From: Escherichia coli
GTDB lineage: Bacteria > Pseudomonadota > Gammaproteobacteria > Enterobacterales > Enterobacteriaceae
Assembly (NCBI RefSeq): GCF_003334815.1
Contig: NZ_QOWO01000007.1
Length of the DNA: 64,000 bases
Strand: one strand, 5' to 3'
Below, piece after piece: positions 21,703 through 33,237 of this stretch (positions are counted from its first letter, which is position 1; the number at the start of each line of letters is the position of its first letter). The position numbers and the translations under genes are program-made. The notes beneath the pieces were generated by a model, which was not told the DNA's origin, searched no databases, and saw nothing but the letters and a program-made list of their open reading frames with translations.

Positions 21703-23202
21703 ATGACAGAGCCGCATGTAGCAGTATTAAGCCAGGTCCAACAGTTTCTCGATCGTCAACACGGTCTTTATATTGATGGTCGTCCTGGCCCCGCACAAAG
21801 TGAAAAACGGTTGGCGATCTTTGATCCGGCCACCGGGCAAGAAATTGCGTCTACTGCTGATGCCAACGAAGCGGATGTAGATAACGCAGTCATGTCTGCC
21901 TGGCGGGCCTTTGTCTCGCGTCGCTGGGCCGGGCGATTACCCGCAGAGCGTGAACGTATTCTGCTACGTTTTGCTGATCTGGTGGAGCAGCACAGTGAGG
22001 AGCTGGCGCAACTGGAAACCCTGGAGCAAGGCAAGTCAATTGCCATTTCCCGTGCTTTTGAAGTGGGCTGTACGCTGAACTGGATGCGTTATACCGCCGG
22101 GTTAACGACCAAAATCGCGGGTAAAACGCTGGACTTGTCGATTCCCTTACCCCAGGGGGCGCGTTATCAGGCCTGGACGCGTAAAGAGCCGGTTGGCGTA
22201 GTGGCGGGAATTGTGCCATGGAACTTTCCGTTGATGATTGGTATGTGGAAGGTGATGCCAGCACTGGCAGCAGGCTGTTCAATCGTGATTAAGCCTTCGG
22301 AAACCACGCCACTGACGATGTTGCGCGTGGCGGAACTGGCCAGCGAGGCTGGTATCCCTGATGGCGTTTTTAATGTCGTCACCGGGTCAGGTGCTGTATG
22401 CGGCGCGGCCCTGACGTCACATCCTCATGTTGCGAAAATCAGTTTTACCGGTTCAACCGCGACGGGAAAAGGTATTGCCAGAACTGCTGCTGATCACTTA
22501 ACGCGTGTAACGCTGGAACTGGGCGGTAAAAACCCGGCAATTGTATTAAAAGATGCTGATCCGCAATGGGTTATTGAAGGCTTGATGACCGGAAGCTTCC
22601 TGAATCAAGGGCAAGTATGCGCCGCCAGTTCGCGAATTTATATTGAAGCGCCGTTGTTTGACACGCTGGTTAGTGGATTTGAGCAGGCGGTAAAATCGTT
22701 GCAAGTGGGACCGGGGATGTCACCTGTTGCACAGATTAACCCTTTGGTTTCTCGTGCGCACTGCGACAAAGTGTGTTCATTCCTCGACGATGCGCAGGCA
22801 CAGCAAGCAGAGCTGATTCGCGGGTCGAATGGACCAGCCGGAGAGGGGTATTATGTTGCGCCAACGCTGGTGGTAAATCCCGATGCTAAATTGCGCTTAA
22901 CTCGTGAAGAGGTGTTTGGTCCGGTGGTAAACCTGGTGCGAGTAGCGGATGGAGAAGAGGCGTTACAACTGGCAAACGACACGGAATATGGCTTAACTGC
23001 CAGTGTCTGGACGCAAAATCTCTCCCAGGCTCTGGAATATAGCGATCGCTTACAGGCAGGGACGGTGTGGGTAAACAGCCATACCTTAATTGACGCTAAC
23101 TTACCGTTTGGTGGGATGAAGCAGTCAGGAACGGGCCGTGATTTTGGCCCCGACTGGCTGGACGGTTGGTGTGAAACTAAGTCGGTGTGTGTACGGTATT
23201 AA
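21703..23202 (+). CDS. feaB: phenylacetaldehyde dehydrogenase
   Basis: 499 aa from ATG (track starts 1 codon earlier at GTG); aldehyde dehydrogenase family. Confidence 0.9.
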
Positions 23203-23220
23203 TCTGGTTCGCTCATAAGT

Positions 23221-23248
23221 AAAAAACGGCACCTGGTGCCGTTTTTTT
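23221..23248. terminator. bidirectional intrinsic terminator (feaB / tynA)
   Basis: AAAAAA-CGGCACC-t-GGTGCCG-TTTTTTT. Confidence 0.75.
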
Positions 23249-23259
23249 GTCTGAAACAA

Positions 23260-25533
23260 TCACTTATCTTTCTTCAGCGCCCCTAGCGTTGGCGTTTCGT
23301 CAAAGAAGTTCCATGGTTTCAGCAGAGTATGTACCCATTCGGTCGGCATAATCGGCCACTCTTCGGCGCGGGCCACATGTGTGGTGCCGGTGGTCATCCA
23401 GACAACGGCGTCGGTGTTGTCCAGCGACTCGTTATCCTTACTGTATTGTCCAAGACCGGTGTCATGAGTAGAACGGTTCGGATATTTGCCTTCCGGGAAA
23501 CGCTCGCCAGGATGATAACGCGTTACCCAGAGCTGCTTGTCCATAAAGCTTAAACGATGATAGATCCACTCGTCCGGCGCGAACTGGGCACCTTTTGCTA
23601 CCGGGTGAGTACCACCTGCATAAGGAATAATTTGATAGGAAACCGGATTGCCCATGCGGTTCTCTTTGTTCGGGTTACTCAACAGACGAATCGTGCCCGG
23701 ATCAAATTTCTGTGCGGCATCCTGTTCATTGCCGATGTTGTACTGATTAACTTGCATGGTACTGGTGCGTGGGCCACCGGCAGTATTCGGTTTTACCACT
23801 GGGTCCATCGCCACCAGGCTGTTATTCTCGCCATCTACATCCAGATCGAGGCGGAAATTATAAATATGTTGGTGTGTAGTACCCACGATATTGTGATCGA
23901 TAAGCGTGCCGTAGCGCGTGTCATCTTTCGCCGTCTCATCGTGCATGGTTTTCGCTTTAACACCTTTCACCGCTTCGATGCCCGTAGCACCGGCATCGAT
24001 GCCAATAGTGCCGTTTTCATGGAAGATCCAGTCAAAAATGTAGTCATAGTTACCCACTGTACTGATCCAGCGCACCACTAACTCCCGGCGTTCGGTACTG
24101 ACGTTGGGCTGGCCCATTTCCTGATGCTTATACTCCGGCCCGGCATAACGTTCAAATACCGCGATAGCGCGAGGGATCTCCATCGGCACGCCAGTGTAGT
24201 CGGCGATGGTTTCATTAAGGAGCACTGCGTTAGACGGGGCATCTTTACCACGAGCAATTGGTGAGGTTAGCGTGCCCATACCGTAGTCACCAGAGTCCAG
24301 ATACGCTTTAAAGTACCAGCCAATATCAGGATCACCGTAAGGCACAATCATGCCGCCGAGAGAACCTTCGTACATGACTTTGCGTTTGGTGCCATTGTCG
24401 TTATAAGTCACGGTGGAGATCATCGGCCCGACGCGAGAGTTCATGCTGAGGTGAAAATCCCAGTTCCGCCAGTGAATCATATCGCCAGTAATGGTGTAAT
24501 TTTTACCTTCAGGCTCAATGATTTGCATAGGCTTAACTGCCGGAGCAACGCGGTCACGGCCATCAAATGGGCGTGCGGTCATTGGCACCGGAACTACCGG
24601 ACCTTCTTCAATCTTAACGATTTTTTTCTGTTCTAAATCAACGACCGCCACCAGGTTTTCGATGGGATGTGCCCAGTAGTTGCCATCACCGACATCAAGA
24701 TAGCTGATGACTTTGAGCAACCGGGCATCTTGTTTCAGGCCATCTTTACCATCGAAATAACCTACGGTCAGCGGCGTGGTAATCACTTTTTTCGCATCAG
24801 TAATACCGCGTTTCTTCACGGCAGCGGCAAATTCTTCACTGTTGTTAATAATGTTCTGCACACTGGCGAAATCATCCAGCAACACCATACCGTGGGCGTC
24901 TTTAATGGGTTGCCAGGAGAGCAGTTTGTTGTTTTGCAGATCCACCACCGCTTCGATGATATGTTTGCCGTCGAGCATAATGACGTCGGCTTTGCGCGGC
25001 TGGTCAACCGGTTTGTTTTCCAGCGCAAACGCCCAGACAGCTTCTTTATCTGGCGGTAGCAGGGAGATCTCAGTAAAACGGGTATTGGGTTTGAAGTCCG
25101 CGGAAGCTTTAACAATTTCAACGGCCTGTTTAATTTCGTCCGCAGTTAGCGCATTAAGTGGGTGAGGGCGCTTTTCTACCTGAAAGGTTTGATCCAGCCC
25201 GGACTGGAAAACATCGTTAATAAAGGTGTCAGAAACCCAGGCTTTATTGTCTTTCATCACTACCGGTACTTGCAGTGCCAGAGGCTGACCATTAACAATT
25301 GCTGTTTGCGCACCAGGCTTCACTTTCACGTACGCGCCATCTTTAATCAGGGTAAAGAGCTGGGCGTAGTCGTCCCACTGCACATCGGCACCAAATTCTT
25401 TAAGCGTTTTATCCATTGGCACCATATGCGCTTCACCACCGTGGGCAAATACCGGCGCTTGCCAGGCGAAACTTAAGGCGACTGCCAACGCCAGGGTTGT
25501 TTTACGGGCAGAATACAGAGAGGGGCTTCCCAT
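23260..25533 (-). CDS. tynA: copper-containing primary amine oxidase
   Basis: Track ORF 23260..25569; start moved to MGSPSLYSARK for 757 aa; signal peptide. Confidence 0.9.
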   Translation of the reverse strand: MGSPSLYSARKTTLALAVALSFAWQAPVFAHGGEAHMVPMDKTLKEFGADVQWDDYAQLFTLIKDGAYVKVKPGAQTAIVNGQPLALQVPVVMKDNKAWVSDTFINDVFQSGLDQTFQVEKRPHPLNALTADEIKQAVEIVKASADFKPNTRFTEISLLPPDKEAVWAFALENKPVDQPRKADVIMLDGKHIIEAVVDLQNNKLLSWQPIKDAHGMVLLDDFASVQNIINNSEEFAAAVKKRGITDAKKVITTPLTVGYFDGKDGLKQDARLLKVISYLDVGDGNYWAHPIENLVAVVDLEQKKIVKIEEGPVVPVPMTARPFDGRDRVAPAVKPMQIIEPEGKNYTITGDMIHWRNWDFHLSMNSRVGPMISTVTYNDNGTKRKVMYEGSLGGMIVPYGDPDIGWYFKAYLDSGDYGMGTLTSPIARGKDAPSNAVLLNETIADYTGVPMEIPRAIAVFERYAGPEYKHQEMGQPNVSTERRELVVRWISTVGNYDYIFDWIFHENGTIGIDAGATGIEAVKGVKAKTMHDETAKDDTRYGTLIDHNIVGTTHQHIYNFRLDLDVDGENNSLVAMDPVVKPNTAGGPRTSTMQVNQYNIGNEQDAAQKFDPGTIRLLSNPNKENRMGNPVSYQIIPYAGGTHPVAKGAQFAPDEWIYHRLSFMDKQLWVTRYHPGERFPEGKYPNRSTHDTGLGQYSKDNESLDNTDAVVWMTTGTTHVARAEEWPIMPTEWVHTLLKPWNFFDETPTLGALKKDK

Positions 25534-25723
25534 TATTAACCTCGTCAGATGTTGTGTTCTTGTTAGCAACCGCGCTCTGTGGGCGGTTTAGTCAGGTTCA
25601 CATTATCAGTACTGATGCAAAGGGGATTGCCTGCACCTGCCAGGTTGTTTGGCAGGTGTGCCAGCTTTTCATACAGTGGATGCCCTGAAAATAGATGTAC
25701 ACATCATGCATAATGTGACAACG

Positions 25724-25738
25724 TCACAAAACTTAGTG
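25724..25738. promoter_or_regulatory. palindrome TGTGAC-aac-GTCACA upstream of tynA
   Basis: Shares the GTCACA core with the feaB promoter repeats; candidate FeaR site. Confidence 0.3.
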
Positions 25739-25740
25739 AA

Positions 25741-25770
25741 ATAAAAGGGCAACTATTCGCCGTTGCCCTT
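25741..25770 (-). terminator. paaZ intrinsic terminator
   Basis: Minus strand AAGGGCAACGGCGAATAGTTGCCCTT followed by TTTAT. Confidence 0.6.
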
Positions 25771-25780
25771 CATTCACCGA

Positions 25781-27826
25781 TTAATCGACAAAATCACCGT
25801 GCTGCCTGGCCACCAGCGTCAGAATTGAATACAGCGCCACCGGGGTTTGATGCTGATTGAATACCTCTACAGCCCATTCCACCACACCTGTTGGTTTTTC
25901 TTCTGCGCTACGCTGTTTTTTCAGCGTCTTGCGCTTACAGGTGAGACGCACCTGGATGGTATCGCCTGGCTTTACGGGTTCGATAAAACGCAAGCTTTCC
26001 AGCCCGTAGTTAGCAATGACCGGACCGACACCGGCATCGACAAACAGACCCGCAGCCGCAGAAAGCACAAAATACCCATGCACCACCCGCTCACCGAAAA
26101 TAGATTCGGCAGCAGCAATCTTATCCATATGTGCATAGAAATGATCGCCGCTGAGGCAAGCAAAGTTAACAATATCGGCCTCTGTCATTGTGCGGCGGGG
26201 AGTCAACAGGCTGTCGCCTGGTTGTAGCTCCTCAAAATATTTGCGGAACGGATGAATACGATCTTCTTCGACTTTCGCACCGCGCACCCACTGTTTACTG
26301 ATAGCGGCAAGCATCGTCGGACTACCCTGAACAGCGGTTCGCTGCATGTAATGTTTCACCGCTCGTAAACCGCCTAATTCTTCACCGCCTCCTGCGCGAC
26401 CAGGCCCACCATGTACCAGTTGTGGCAGTGGGGAGCCATGCCCGGTGGATTCTTTTGCCGACTCTTCATTGAGGATCTGAATTCGCCCATGCGTACGTGC
26501 CGCGTCGGCAATAAACTGACGCGCAATTTGCGGATCAGCCGTCACCAGCGTTCCCGCAAGGCTACCGCCGCCTGCACAAGCCAGTTGCAGAGCATGTCGC
26601 TGGTTTTGTGCTGGCATCAGCGTTGCGACAGGGCCAAAGGCTTCTGTTGCATGTACCGCCGGTGTTTCATCCGGCTGCGGACAGTACAATAAGGTTGGCG
26701 GGAAGAAGGCACCCGCAGCAGATAAATCCGCCTGACCACCGAGGCGAATCTCGCATCCTGCAGCCAGCAATATGTTCACTTTTTCCTGCACATCGGCACG
26801 CTGCTCAGCATTTACCAGTGCGCCCATTTTCACGCCTTCCTGAGCAGGATCACCGACCACGACTTTCTGTAATCGCGCAACCAGAGCATCACTGACAGCA
26901 TTAACCAATGCCTGCGGCACAATAATCCGCCGGATTGCCGTACATTTTTGCCCGGCTTTTGTGGTCATCTCACGCACAACTTCACGAATAAACAGCGCAA
27001 ACTCCGGTTGATCCGGGGTGACATCTTCGCCCAGTACGCAGCAGTTCAGGGAATCAGCTTCCATAGTGAAGGGGATAGATTTGGCGACGATATTTGGCTG
27101 AACTCGCAGCATCTGTCCGGTCGCCGCTGACCCCGTGAAAGTCACCACATCCTGGCTGTCCAGATGATCCAACAAGTCGCCAGCACTACCGCAGATCAGA
27201 CTAATTGCGCCTTCGGGAACAAGACCACTATCGACAATTGATTTCACCATCGCCTGAGTCAGTTGGGCCGTCGCGGTAGCTGGTTTGATGATGGCTGGCA
27301 TTCCGCCCAGCCACGTTGGTGCCAGCTTTTCCAGCATTCCCCAGCAGGGGAAGTTAAAGGCGTTAATATGCACTGCCACGCCTGACTTTGAGGTCAGTAA
27401 ATGGCGCGCGGCAAATCCACCTTCTTTCGATAAGGGGATCAATTCATCTTCCGGCCACAGCGTATCGTCAGGCAGCTCCCGGCTACCGAGGCTGGCGTAA
27501 GTAAATAACGTCCCAATGCCACCTTCAATATCAACCCAACTGTCTGCCCGCGTTGCGCCTGTTTGCGCAGAAAGAGCATAGAAACGCTCTTTTTCACTCA
27601 GCAGATGTTTAGCGACCGCTTTAAGCATCGCCGCACGTTCGATAAAGGTCATAGCGCGAAGGGCGGGGGCACCTTTTTCAATGGCAAACTGGCGGGCAGC
27701 CGCCATATCAAGACCTTCACTGGTCACTTCCCATAACGCCTCGCCGCTAATAGCGTGGTGAATCAAACGGCTACGGCCCCGGCCAGACTGCCAGGTACCG
27801 GATAAGAAACTGGCTAACTGCTGCAT
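25781..27826 (-). CDS. paaZ: bifunctional oxepin-CoA hydrolase / aldehyde dehydrogenase
   Basis: 681 aa; N-terminal ALDH and C-terminal MaoC hot-dog domains. Confidence 0.9.
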
Positions 27827-28058
27827 CGCTACTCTCCAGATGTTTCACATTTCTGTTGCTAATAGTTAAATCGCGAATCATAAAAAGCAAGGGATCTTTT
27901 AACGAAATGTTAACTATGCGATCTGTATAGCAACTGCGGAAAACATTAATGCACTGATAAATAATGATTTATAAAAATAGGGTGCGAAATCCGTCACAGT
28001 TCAAACATACAAAATTTGTGATTTTACTTAACTATTGTGTAACTTTCATAAAACAATG

Positions 28059-28097
28059 TGATTCGTGTTTTTAATTAATTCACGAAAACTGGAATCG
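28059..28097. promoter_or_regulatory. PaaX-type operator TGATTC-N27-GAATCg in paaA promoter
   Basis: Inverted half-sites with 27-nt spacer, 14 bp upstream of paaA GTG. Confidence 0.5.
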
Positions 28098-28110
28098 TAA
28101 AGGTGATGAC

Positions 28111-29040
28111 GTGACCCAAGAAGAACGCTTTGAGCAACGGATAGCCCAGGAAACGGCTATCGAGCCACAGGACTGGATGCCCGATGCTTACCGAAAGACA
28201 TTGATCCGCCAGATTGGGCAGCATGCGCACTCCGAGATTGTTGGTATGTTGCCTGAAGGTAACTGGATCACTCGCGCACCAACCTTGCGGCGTAAAGCCA
28301 TTCTGTTGGCCAAAGTGCAGGATGAAGCCGGTCATGGTCTGTATCTCTATAGCGCCGCCGAAACACTGGGCTGCGCCAGAGAAGACATCTACCAAAAAAT
28401 GCTCGACGGACGGATGAAATATTCCTCCATCTTTAATTATCCGACATTGAGTTGGGCTGATATCGGTGTTATCGGCTGGCTGGTGGATGGCGCAGCGATC
28501 GTCAATCAGGTGGCGTTATGCCGCACTTCTTATGGCCCGTATGCCAGAGCAATGGTGAAAATCTGCAAAGAAGAGAGTTTTCACCAGCGTCAGGGGTTTG
28601 AAGCCTGCATGGCACTGGCGCAGGGCAGCGAAGCTCAAAAGCAGATGTTGCAAGACGCCATTAACCGTTTCTGGTGGCCAGCCTTAATGATGTTCGGGCC
28701 AAACGATGATAACTCGCCAAACAGCGCCAGAAGTCTCACCTGGAAAATCAAACGTTTCACCAACGACGAACTCCGCCAGCGTTTCGTGGATAACACCGTT
28801 CCACAGGTTGAAATGCTCGGTATGACCGTTCCTGACCCGGATCTGCATTTTGACACTGAAAGCGGTCACTACCGCTTTGGTGAGATCGACTGGCAGGAGT
28901 TTAACGAAGTAATTAACGGTCGCGGAATTTGTAATCAGGAGAGGCTCGACGCCAAACGTAAAGCCTGGGAAGAAGGTACCTGGGTACGGGAAGCAGCGCT
29001 GGCCCATGCACAAAAACAACATGCCCGTAAGGTCGCATAA
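28111..29040 (+). CDS. paaA: phenylacetyl-CoA 1,2-epoxidase subunit A
   Basis: 309 aa, GTG start; di-iron oxygenase family. Confidence 0.9.
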   Translation: MTQEERFEQRIAQETAIEPQDWMPDAYRKTLIRQIGQHAHSEIVGMLPEGNWITRAPTLRRKAILLAKVQDEAGHGLYLYSAAETLGCAREDIYQKMLDGRMKYSSIFNYPTLSWADIGVIGWLVDGAAIVNQVALCRTSYGPYARAMVKICKEESFHQRQGFEACMALAQGSEAQKQMLQDAINRFWWPALMMFGPNDDNSPNSARSLTWKIKRFTNDELRQRFVDNTVPQVEMLGMTVPDPDLHFDTESGHYRFGEIDWQEFNEVINGRGICNQERLDAKRKAWEEGTWVREAALAHAQKQHARKVA

Positions 29041-29051
29041 GGAGATTCAAA

Positions 29052-29339
29052 ATGAGTAATGTTTACTGGCCGTTATACGAAGTTTTCGTGCGTGGCAAAC
29101 AGGGCTTATCACACCGCCATGTTGGCAGTTTACATGCTGCCGATGAGCGGATGGCACTGGAAAATGCCCGTGATGCTTACACCCGTCGTAGCGAAGGATG
29201 TTCAATTTGGGTGGTGAAGGCGAGTGAAATTGTTGCCTCGCAACCGGAAGAACGCGGTGAATTTTTTGATCCGGCTGAAAGCAAGGTCTATCGCCATCCA
29301 ACGTTTTACACCATCCCTGATGGCATTGAGCACATGTGA
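29052..29339 (+). CDS. paaB: phenylacetyl-CoA epoxidase subunit B
   Basis: 95 aa. Confidence 0.9.
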   Translation: MSNVYWPLYEVFVRGKQGLSHRHVGSLHAADERMALENARDAYTRRSEGCSIWVVKASEIVASQPEERGEFFDPAESKVYRHPTFYTIPDGIEHM

Positions 29340-29347
29340 GGTCGGAA

Positions 29348-30094
29348 ATGAATCAGTTAACGGCTTACACCTTGCGCCTGGGCGATAACTGCCTGGTGCT
29401 CTCCCAGCGGTTGGGTGAATGGTGCGGTCACGCACCGGAACTGGAAATCGATCTCGCACTGGCAAACATTGGCCTCGATTTATTAGGTCAGGCACGCAAC
29501 TTCTTATCGTATGCCGCTGAATTAGCGGGAGAAGGCGATGAAGATACCCTGGCCTTCACCCGAGACGAGCGCCAGTTCAGCAACTTATTGTTGGTTGAAC
29601 AACCAAACGGCAATTTTGCCGACACCATTGCACGCCAGTATTTCATCGATGCATGGCATGTGGCGCTCTTTACCCGTCTGATGGAAAGCCGTGATCCGCA
29701 ACTGGCGGCGATTTCTGCCAAAGCAATTAAAGAAGCGCGCTATCACCTGCGTTTTAGTCGTGGCTGGCTGGAGCGACTGGGCAATGGTACTGACGTATCA
29801 GGGCAAAAGATGCAGCAGGCCATCAACAAGTTGTGGCGTTTTACCGCCGAACTGTTCGATGCCGACGAGATTGATATTGCACTGAGTGAAGAGGGTATTG
29901 CGGTTGATCCACGCACTTTACGCGCAGCGTGGGAAGCCGAAGTTTTTGCCGGGATCAACGAAGCCACATTGAACGTACCGCAAGAGCAGGCGTATCGCAC
30001 TGGCGGTAAAAAAGGACTGCATACCGAACACCTTGGACCCATGCTGGCAGAAATGCAGTATCTCCAGCGTGTCTTGCCCGGTCAGCAATGGTAA
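29348..30094 (+). CDS. paaC: phenylacetyl-CoA epoxidase subunit C
   Basis: Track ORF from 29336 (GTG); ATG at 29348 gives 248 aa. Confidence 0.85.
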   Translation: MNQLTAYTLRLGDNCLVLSQRLGEWCGHAPELEIDLALANIGLDLLGQARNFLSYAAELAGEGDEDTLAFTRDERQFSNLLLVEQPNGNFADTIARQYFIDAWHVALFTRLMESRDPQLAAISAKAIKEARYHLRFSRGWLERLGNGTDVSGQKMQQAINKLWRFTAELFDADEIDIALSEEGIAVDPRTLRAAWEAEVFAGINEATLNVPQEQAYRTGGKKGLHTEHLGPMLAEMQYLQRVLPGQQW

Positions 30095-30108
30095 CAGAGG
30101 AGATGGGT

Positions 30109-30606
30109 ATGCAACGTCTGGCCACCATTGCACCGCCACAGGTTCATGAGATATGGGCGCTACTCAGCCAGATCCCGGACCCGGAGATCCCGGTGCTGAC
30201 CATTACTGATTTAGGCATGGTGCGTAATGTGACACAGATGGGAGAAGGATGGGTGATCGGCTTTACGCCGACATATTCCGGTTGTCCGGCAACGGAACAT
30301 TTGATTGGCGCGATACGTGAGGCAATGACAACCAACGGGTTTACCCCCGTTCAGGTTGTGCTGCAACTCGACCCGGCATGGACCACCGACTGGATGACCC
30401 CCGATGCCCGTGAGCGTCTGCGAGAGTATGGCATTAGCCCGCCCGCCGGACACAGTTGCCATGCCCATTTGCCGCCAGAAGTACGTTGCCCGCGCTGCGC
30501 CAGCGTCCATACCACACTTATCAGTGAATTTGGTTCCACGGCCTGCAAAGCATTGTACCGCTGCGATAGTTGCCGCGAACCTTTCGATTATTTCAAATGT
30601 ATTTGA
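30109..30606 (+). CDS. paaD: phenylacetyl-CoA epoxidase subunit D
   Basis: Start moved to ATG with GAGGAG RBS; 165 aa. Confidence 0.85.
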   Translation: MQRLATIAPPQVHEIWALLSQIPDPEIPVLTITDLGMVRNVTQMGEGWVIGFTPTYSGCPATEHLIGAIREAMTTNGFTPVQVVLQLDPAWTTDWMTPDARERLREYGISPPAGHSCHAHLPPEVRCPRCASVHTTLISEFGSTACKALYRCDSCREPFDYFKCI

Positions 30607-30613
30607 GGATGCC

Positions 30614-31684
30614 ATGACAACGTTTCATTCCTTAACAGTGGCAAAAGTCGAGTCGGAAACCCGTGATGCGGTGACCATTACCTTTGCGGTGCCCCAGCCT
30701 TTGCAGGAGGCGTATCGCTTTCGCCCCGGTCAACATTTGACCTTAAAAGCCAGCTTTGATGGTGAAGAATTACGCCGTTGTTACTCCATTTGCCGCAGCT
30801 ATCTGCCTGGCGAAATTAGTGTGGCGGTGAAAGCCATTGAAGGCGGACGTTTCTCCCGCTATGCCCGCGAACACATCCGCCAGGGTATGACGCTGGAGGT
30901 CATGGTGCCGCAGGGGCATTTCGGCTATCAGCCGCAGGCCGAACGCCAGGGGCGCTATCTGGCAATTGCAGCAGGATCAGGTATTACGCCAATGCTGGCG
31001 ATTATCGCCACCACTTTACAAACCGAGCCTGAAAGTCAGTTCACCCTGATCTACGGTAACCGTACCAGCCAGAGCATGATGTTTCGCCAGGCACTGGCAG
31101 ACCTGAAAGACAAATATCCTCAGCGTTTACAGTTGTTGTGCATTTTCAGTCAGGAAACCCTCGACAGCGATCTGCTTCACGGGCGTATTGACGGTGAAAA
31201 ATTACAGTCACTTGGGGCCTCGCTCATTAATTTTCGTCTTTATGATGAGGCATTTATTTGTGGTCCGGCGGCGATGATGGATGACGCGGAAACCGCCTTA
31301 AAAGCACTGGGAATGCCAGATAAAACCATTCATCTGGAGCGGTTTAATACGCCTGGCACGCGCGTCAAACGTAGCGTTAACGTGCAAAGTGACGGACAAA
31401 AAGTGACTGTACGTCAGGATGGGCGGGATCGGGAAATCGTGCTTAATGCCGACGATGAAAGCATTCTCGATGCGGCATTGCGCCAGGGGGCGGATCTGCC
31501 CTATGCCTGCAAAGGCGGCGTCTGTGCGACCTGCAAATGCAAAGTGCTGCGTGGCAAAGTGGCGATGGAAACCAATTACAGTCTGGAACCGGATGAACTG
31601 GCCGCAGGTTATGTGTTGAGTTGCCAGGCACTGCCGCTGACCAGCGATGTGGTGGTTGACTTTGACGCGAAGGGGATGGCATGA
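30614..31684 (+). CDS. paaE: phenylacetyl-CoA epoxidase reductase subunit (FNR-like with 2Fe-2S)
   Basis: Track ORF extended to 30404; ATG at 30614 (MTTFHSL) gives 356 aa; C-terminal CATCKC ferredoxin motif. Confidence 0.85.
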   Translation: MTTFHSLTVAKVESETRDAVTITFAVPQPLQEAYRFRPGQHLTLKASFDGEELRRCYSICRSYLPGEISVAVKAIEGGRFSRYAREHIRQGMTLEVMVPQGHFGYQPQAERQGRYLAIAAGSGITPMLAIIATTLQTEPESQFTLIYGNRTSQSMMFRQALADLKDKYPQRLQLLCIFSQETLDSDLLHGRIDGEKLQSLGASLINFRLYDEAFICGPAAMMDDAETALKALGMPDKTIHLERFNTPGTRVKRSVNVQSDGQKVTVRQDGRDREIVLNADDESILDAALRQGADLPYACKGGVCATCKCKVLRGKVAMETNYSLEPDELAAGYVLSCQALPLTSDVVVDFDAKGMA

Positions 31685-32448
31685 GCGAACTGATCGTCAG
31701 CCGTCAGCAACGAGTATTGTTGCTGACCCTTAACCGTCCCGCCGCACGTAATGCGCTAAATAATGCCCTGCTGATGCAACTGGTAAATGAACTGGAAGCT
31801 GCGGCTACCGATACCAGCATTTCGGTCTGTGTGATTACCGGTAATGCACGCTTTTTTGCCGCTGGGGCCGATCTCAACGAAATGGCAGAAAAAGATCTCG
31901 CGGCCACCTTAAACGATACACGTCCGCAGCTATGGGCGCGATTGCAGGCCTTTAATAAACCACTTATCGCAGCCGTCAATGGTTACGCGCTTGGGGCGGG
32001 TTGCGAACTGGCATTGTTGTGCGATGTGGTGGTTGCCGGAGAGAACGCGCGTTTTGGGTTGCCGGAAATCACTCTCGGCATCATGCCTGGCGCAGGCGGA
32101 ACGCAACGTTTAATCCGTAGTGTCGGTAAATCGTTAGCCAGCAAAATGGTGCTGAGCGGAGAAAGTATCACCGCTCAGCAAGCACAGCAGGCCGGGCTGG
32201 TTAGCGACGTCTTCCCCAGCGATTTAACCCTCGAATACGCCTTACAGCTGGCATCGAAAATGGCACGTCACTCGCCGCTGGCCTTACAAGCGGCAAAGCA
32301 AGCGCTGCGCCAGTCGCAGGAAGTGGCTTTGCAAGCCGGACTTGCCCAGGAGCGACAGTTATTCACCTTGCTGGCGGCAACAGAAGATCGTCATGAAGGC
32401 ATCTCCGCTTTCTTACAAAAACGCACGCCCGACTTTAAAGGACGCTAA
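31681..32448 (+). CDS. paaF: 2,3-dehydroadipyl-CoA hydratase (crotonase fold)
   Basis: 255 aa. Confidence 0.9.
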   Translation: MSELIVSRQQRVLLLTLNRPAARNALNNALLMQLVNELEAAATDTSISVCVITGNARFFAAGADLNEMAEKDLAATLNDTRPQLWARLQAFNKPLIAAVNGYALGAGCELALLCDVVVAGENARFGLPEITLGIMPGAGGTQRLIRSVGKSLASKMVLSGESITAQQAQQAGLVSDVFPSDLTLEYALQLASKMARHSPLALQAAKQALRQSQEVALQAGLAQERQLFTLLAATEDRHEGISAFLQKRTPDFKGR

Positions 32449-33236
32449 TGATGGAATTCATCCTCAGTCATGTAGAAAAGGGCGTGATGACACTAACGCT
32501 CAACCGCCCGGAACGCCTGAACAGTTTTAATGATGAGATGCACGCACAACTGGCAGAGTGCCTGAAACAGGTCGAGCGCGACGACACTATCCGTTGCCTG
32601 TTACTTACAGGTGCCGGGCGCGGATTTTGTGCTGGTCAGGATCTTAACGATCGTAACGTTGATCCCACAGGCCCCGCACCGGATTTAGGGATGTCAGTTG
32701 AACGTTTCTATAACCCACTGGTACGTCGCCTGGCAAAACTGCCAAAACCGGTGATCTGTGCAGTCAATGGCGTGGCGGCAGGGGCAGGCGCAACACTGGC
32801 ACTGGGGGGCGACATCGTTATTGCTGCCCGTTCAGCAAAATTCGTCATGGCGTTTAGTAAGTTAGGCTTAATACCCGATTGCGGTGGAACCTGGTTACTG
32901 CCACGCGTTGCCGGACGAGCGCGCGCCATGGGGCTGGCACTGCTGGGGAATCAACTGAGTGCTGAACAGGCGCACGAATGGGGGATGATCTGGCAGGTTG
33001 TTGATGATGAAACGCTGGCAGATACCGCGCAACAGCTGGCACGGCATCTGGCGACACAACCGACATTTGGTCTTGGACTTATCAAGCAAGCGATAAATAG
33101 CGCTGAAACCAATACGCTCGATACGCAACTGGATCTGGAACGTGACTATCAGCGACTTGCCGGACGGAGCGCAGATTATCGTGAAGGTGTCAGTGCGTTC
33201 CTGGCTAAACGCTCACCGCAGTTCACGGGGAAATAG
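32448..33236 (+). CDS. paaG: 1,2-epoxyphenylacetyl-CoA isomerase (crotonase fold)
   Basis: 262 aa. Confidence 0.9.
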   Translation: MMEFILSHVEKGVMTLTLNRPERLNSFNDEMHAQLAECLKQVERDDTIRCLLLTGAGRGFCAGQDLNDRNVDPTGPAPDLGMSVERFYNPLVRRLAKLPKPVICAVNGVAAGAGATLALGGDIVIAARSAKFVMAFSKLGLIPDCGGTWLLPRVAGRARAMGLALLGNQLSAEQAHEWGMIWQVVDDETLADTAQQLARHLATQPTFGLGLIKQAINSAETNTLDTQLDLERDYQRLAGRSADYREGVSAFLAKRSPQFTGK

Positions 33237-33237
33237 C

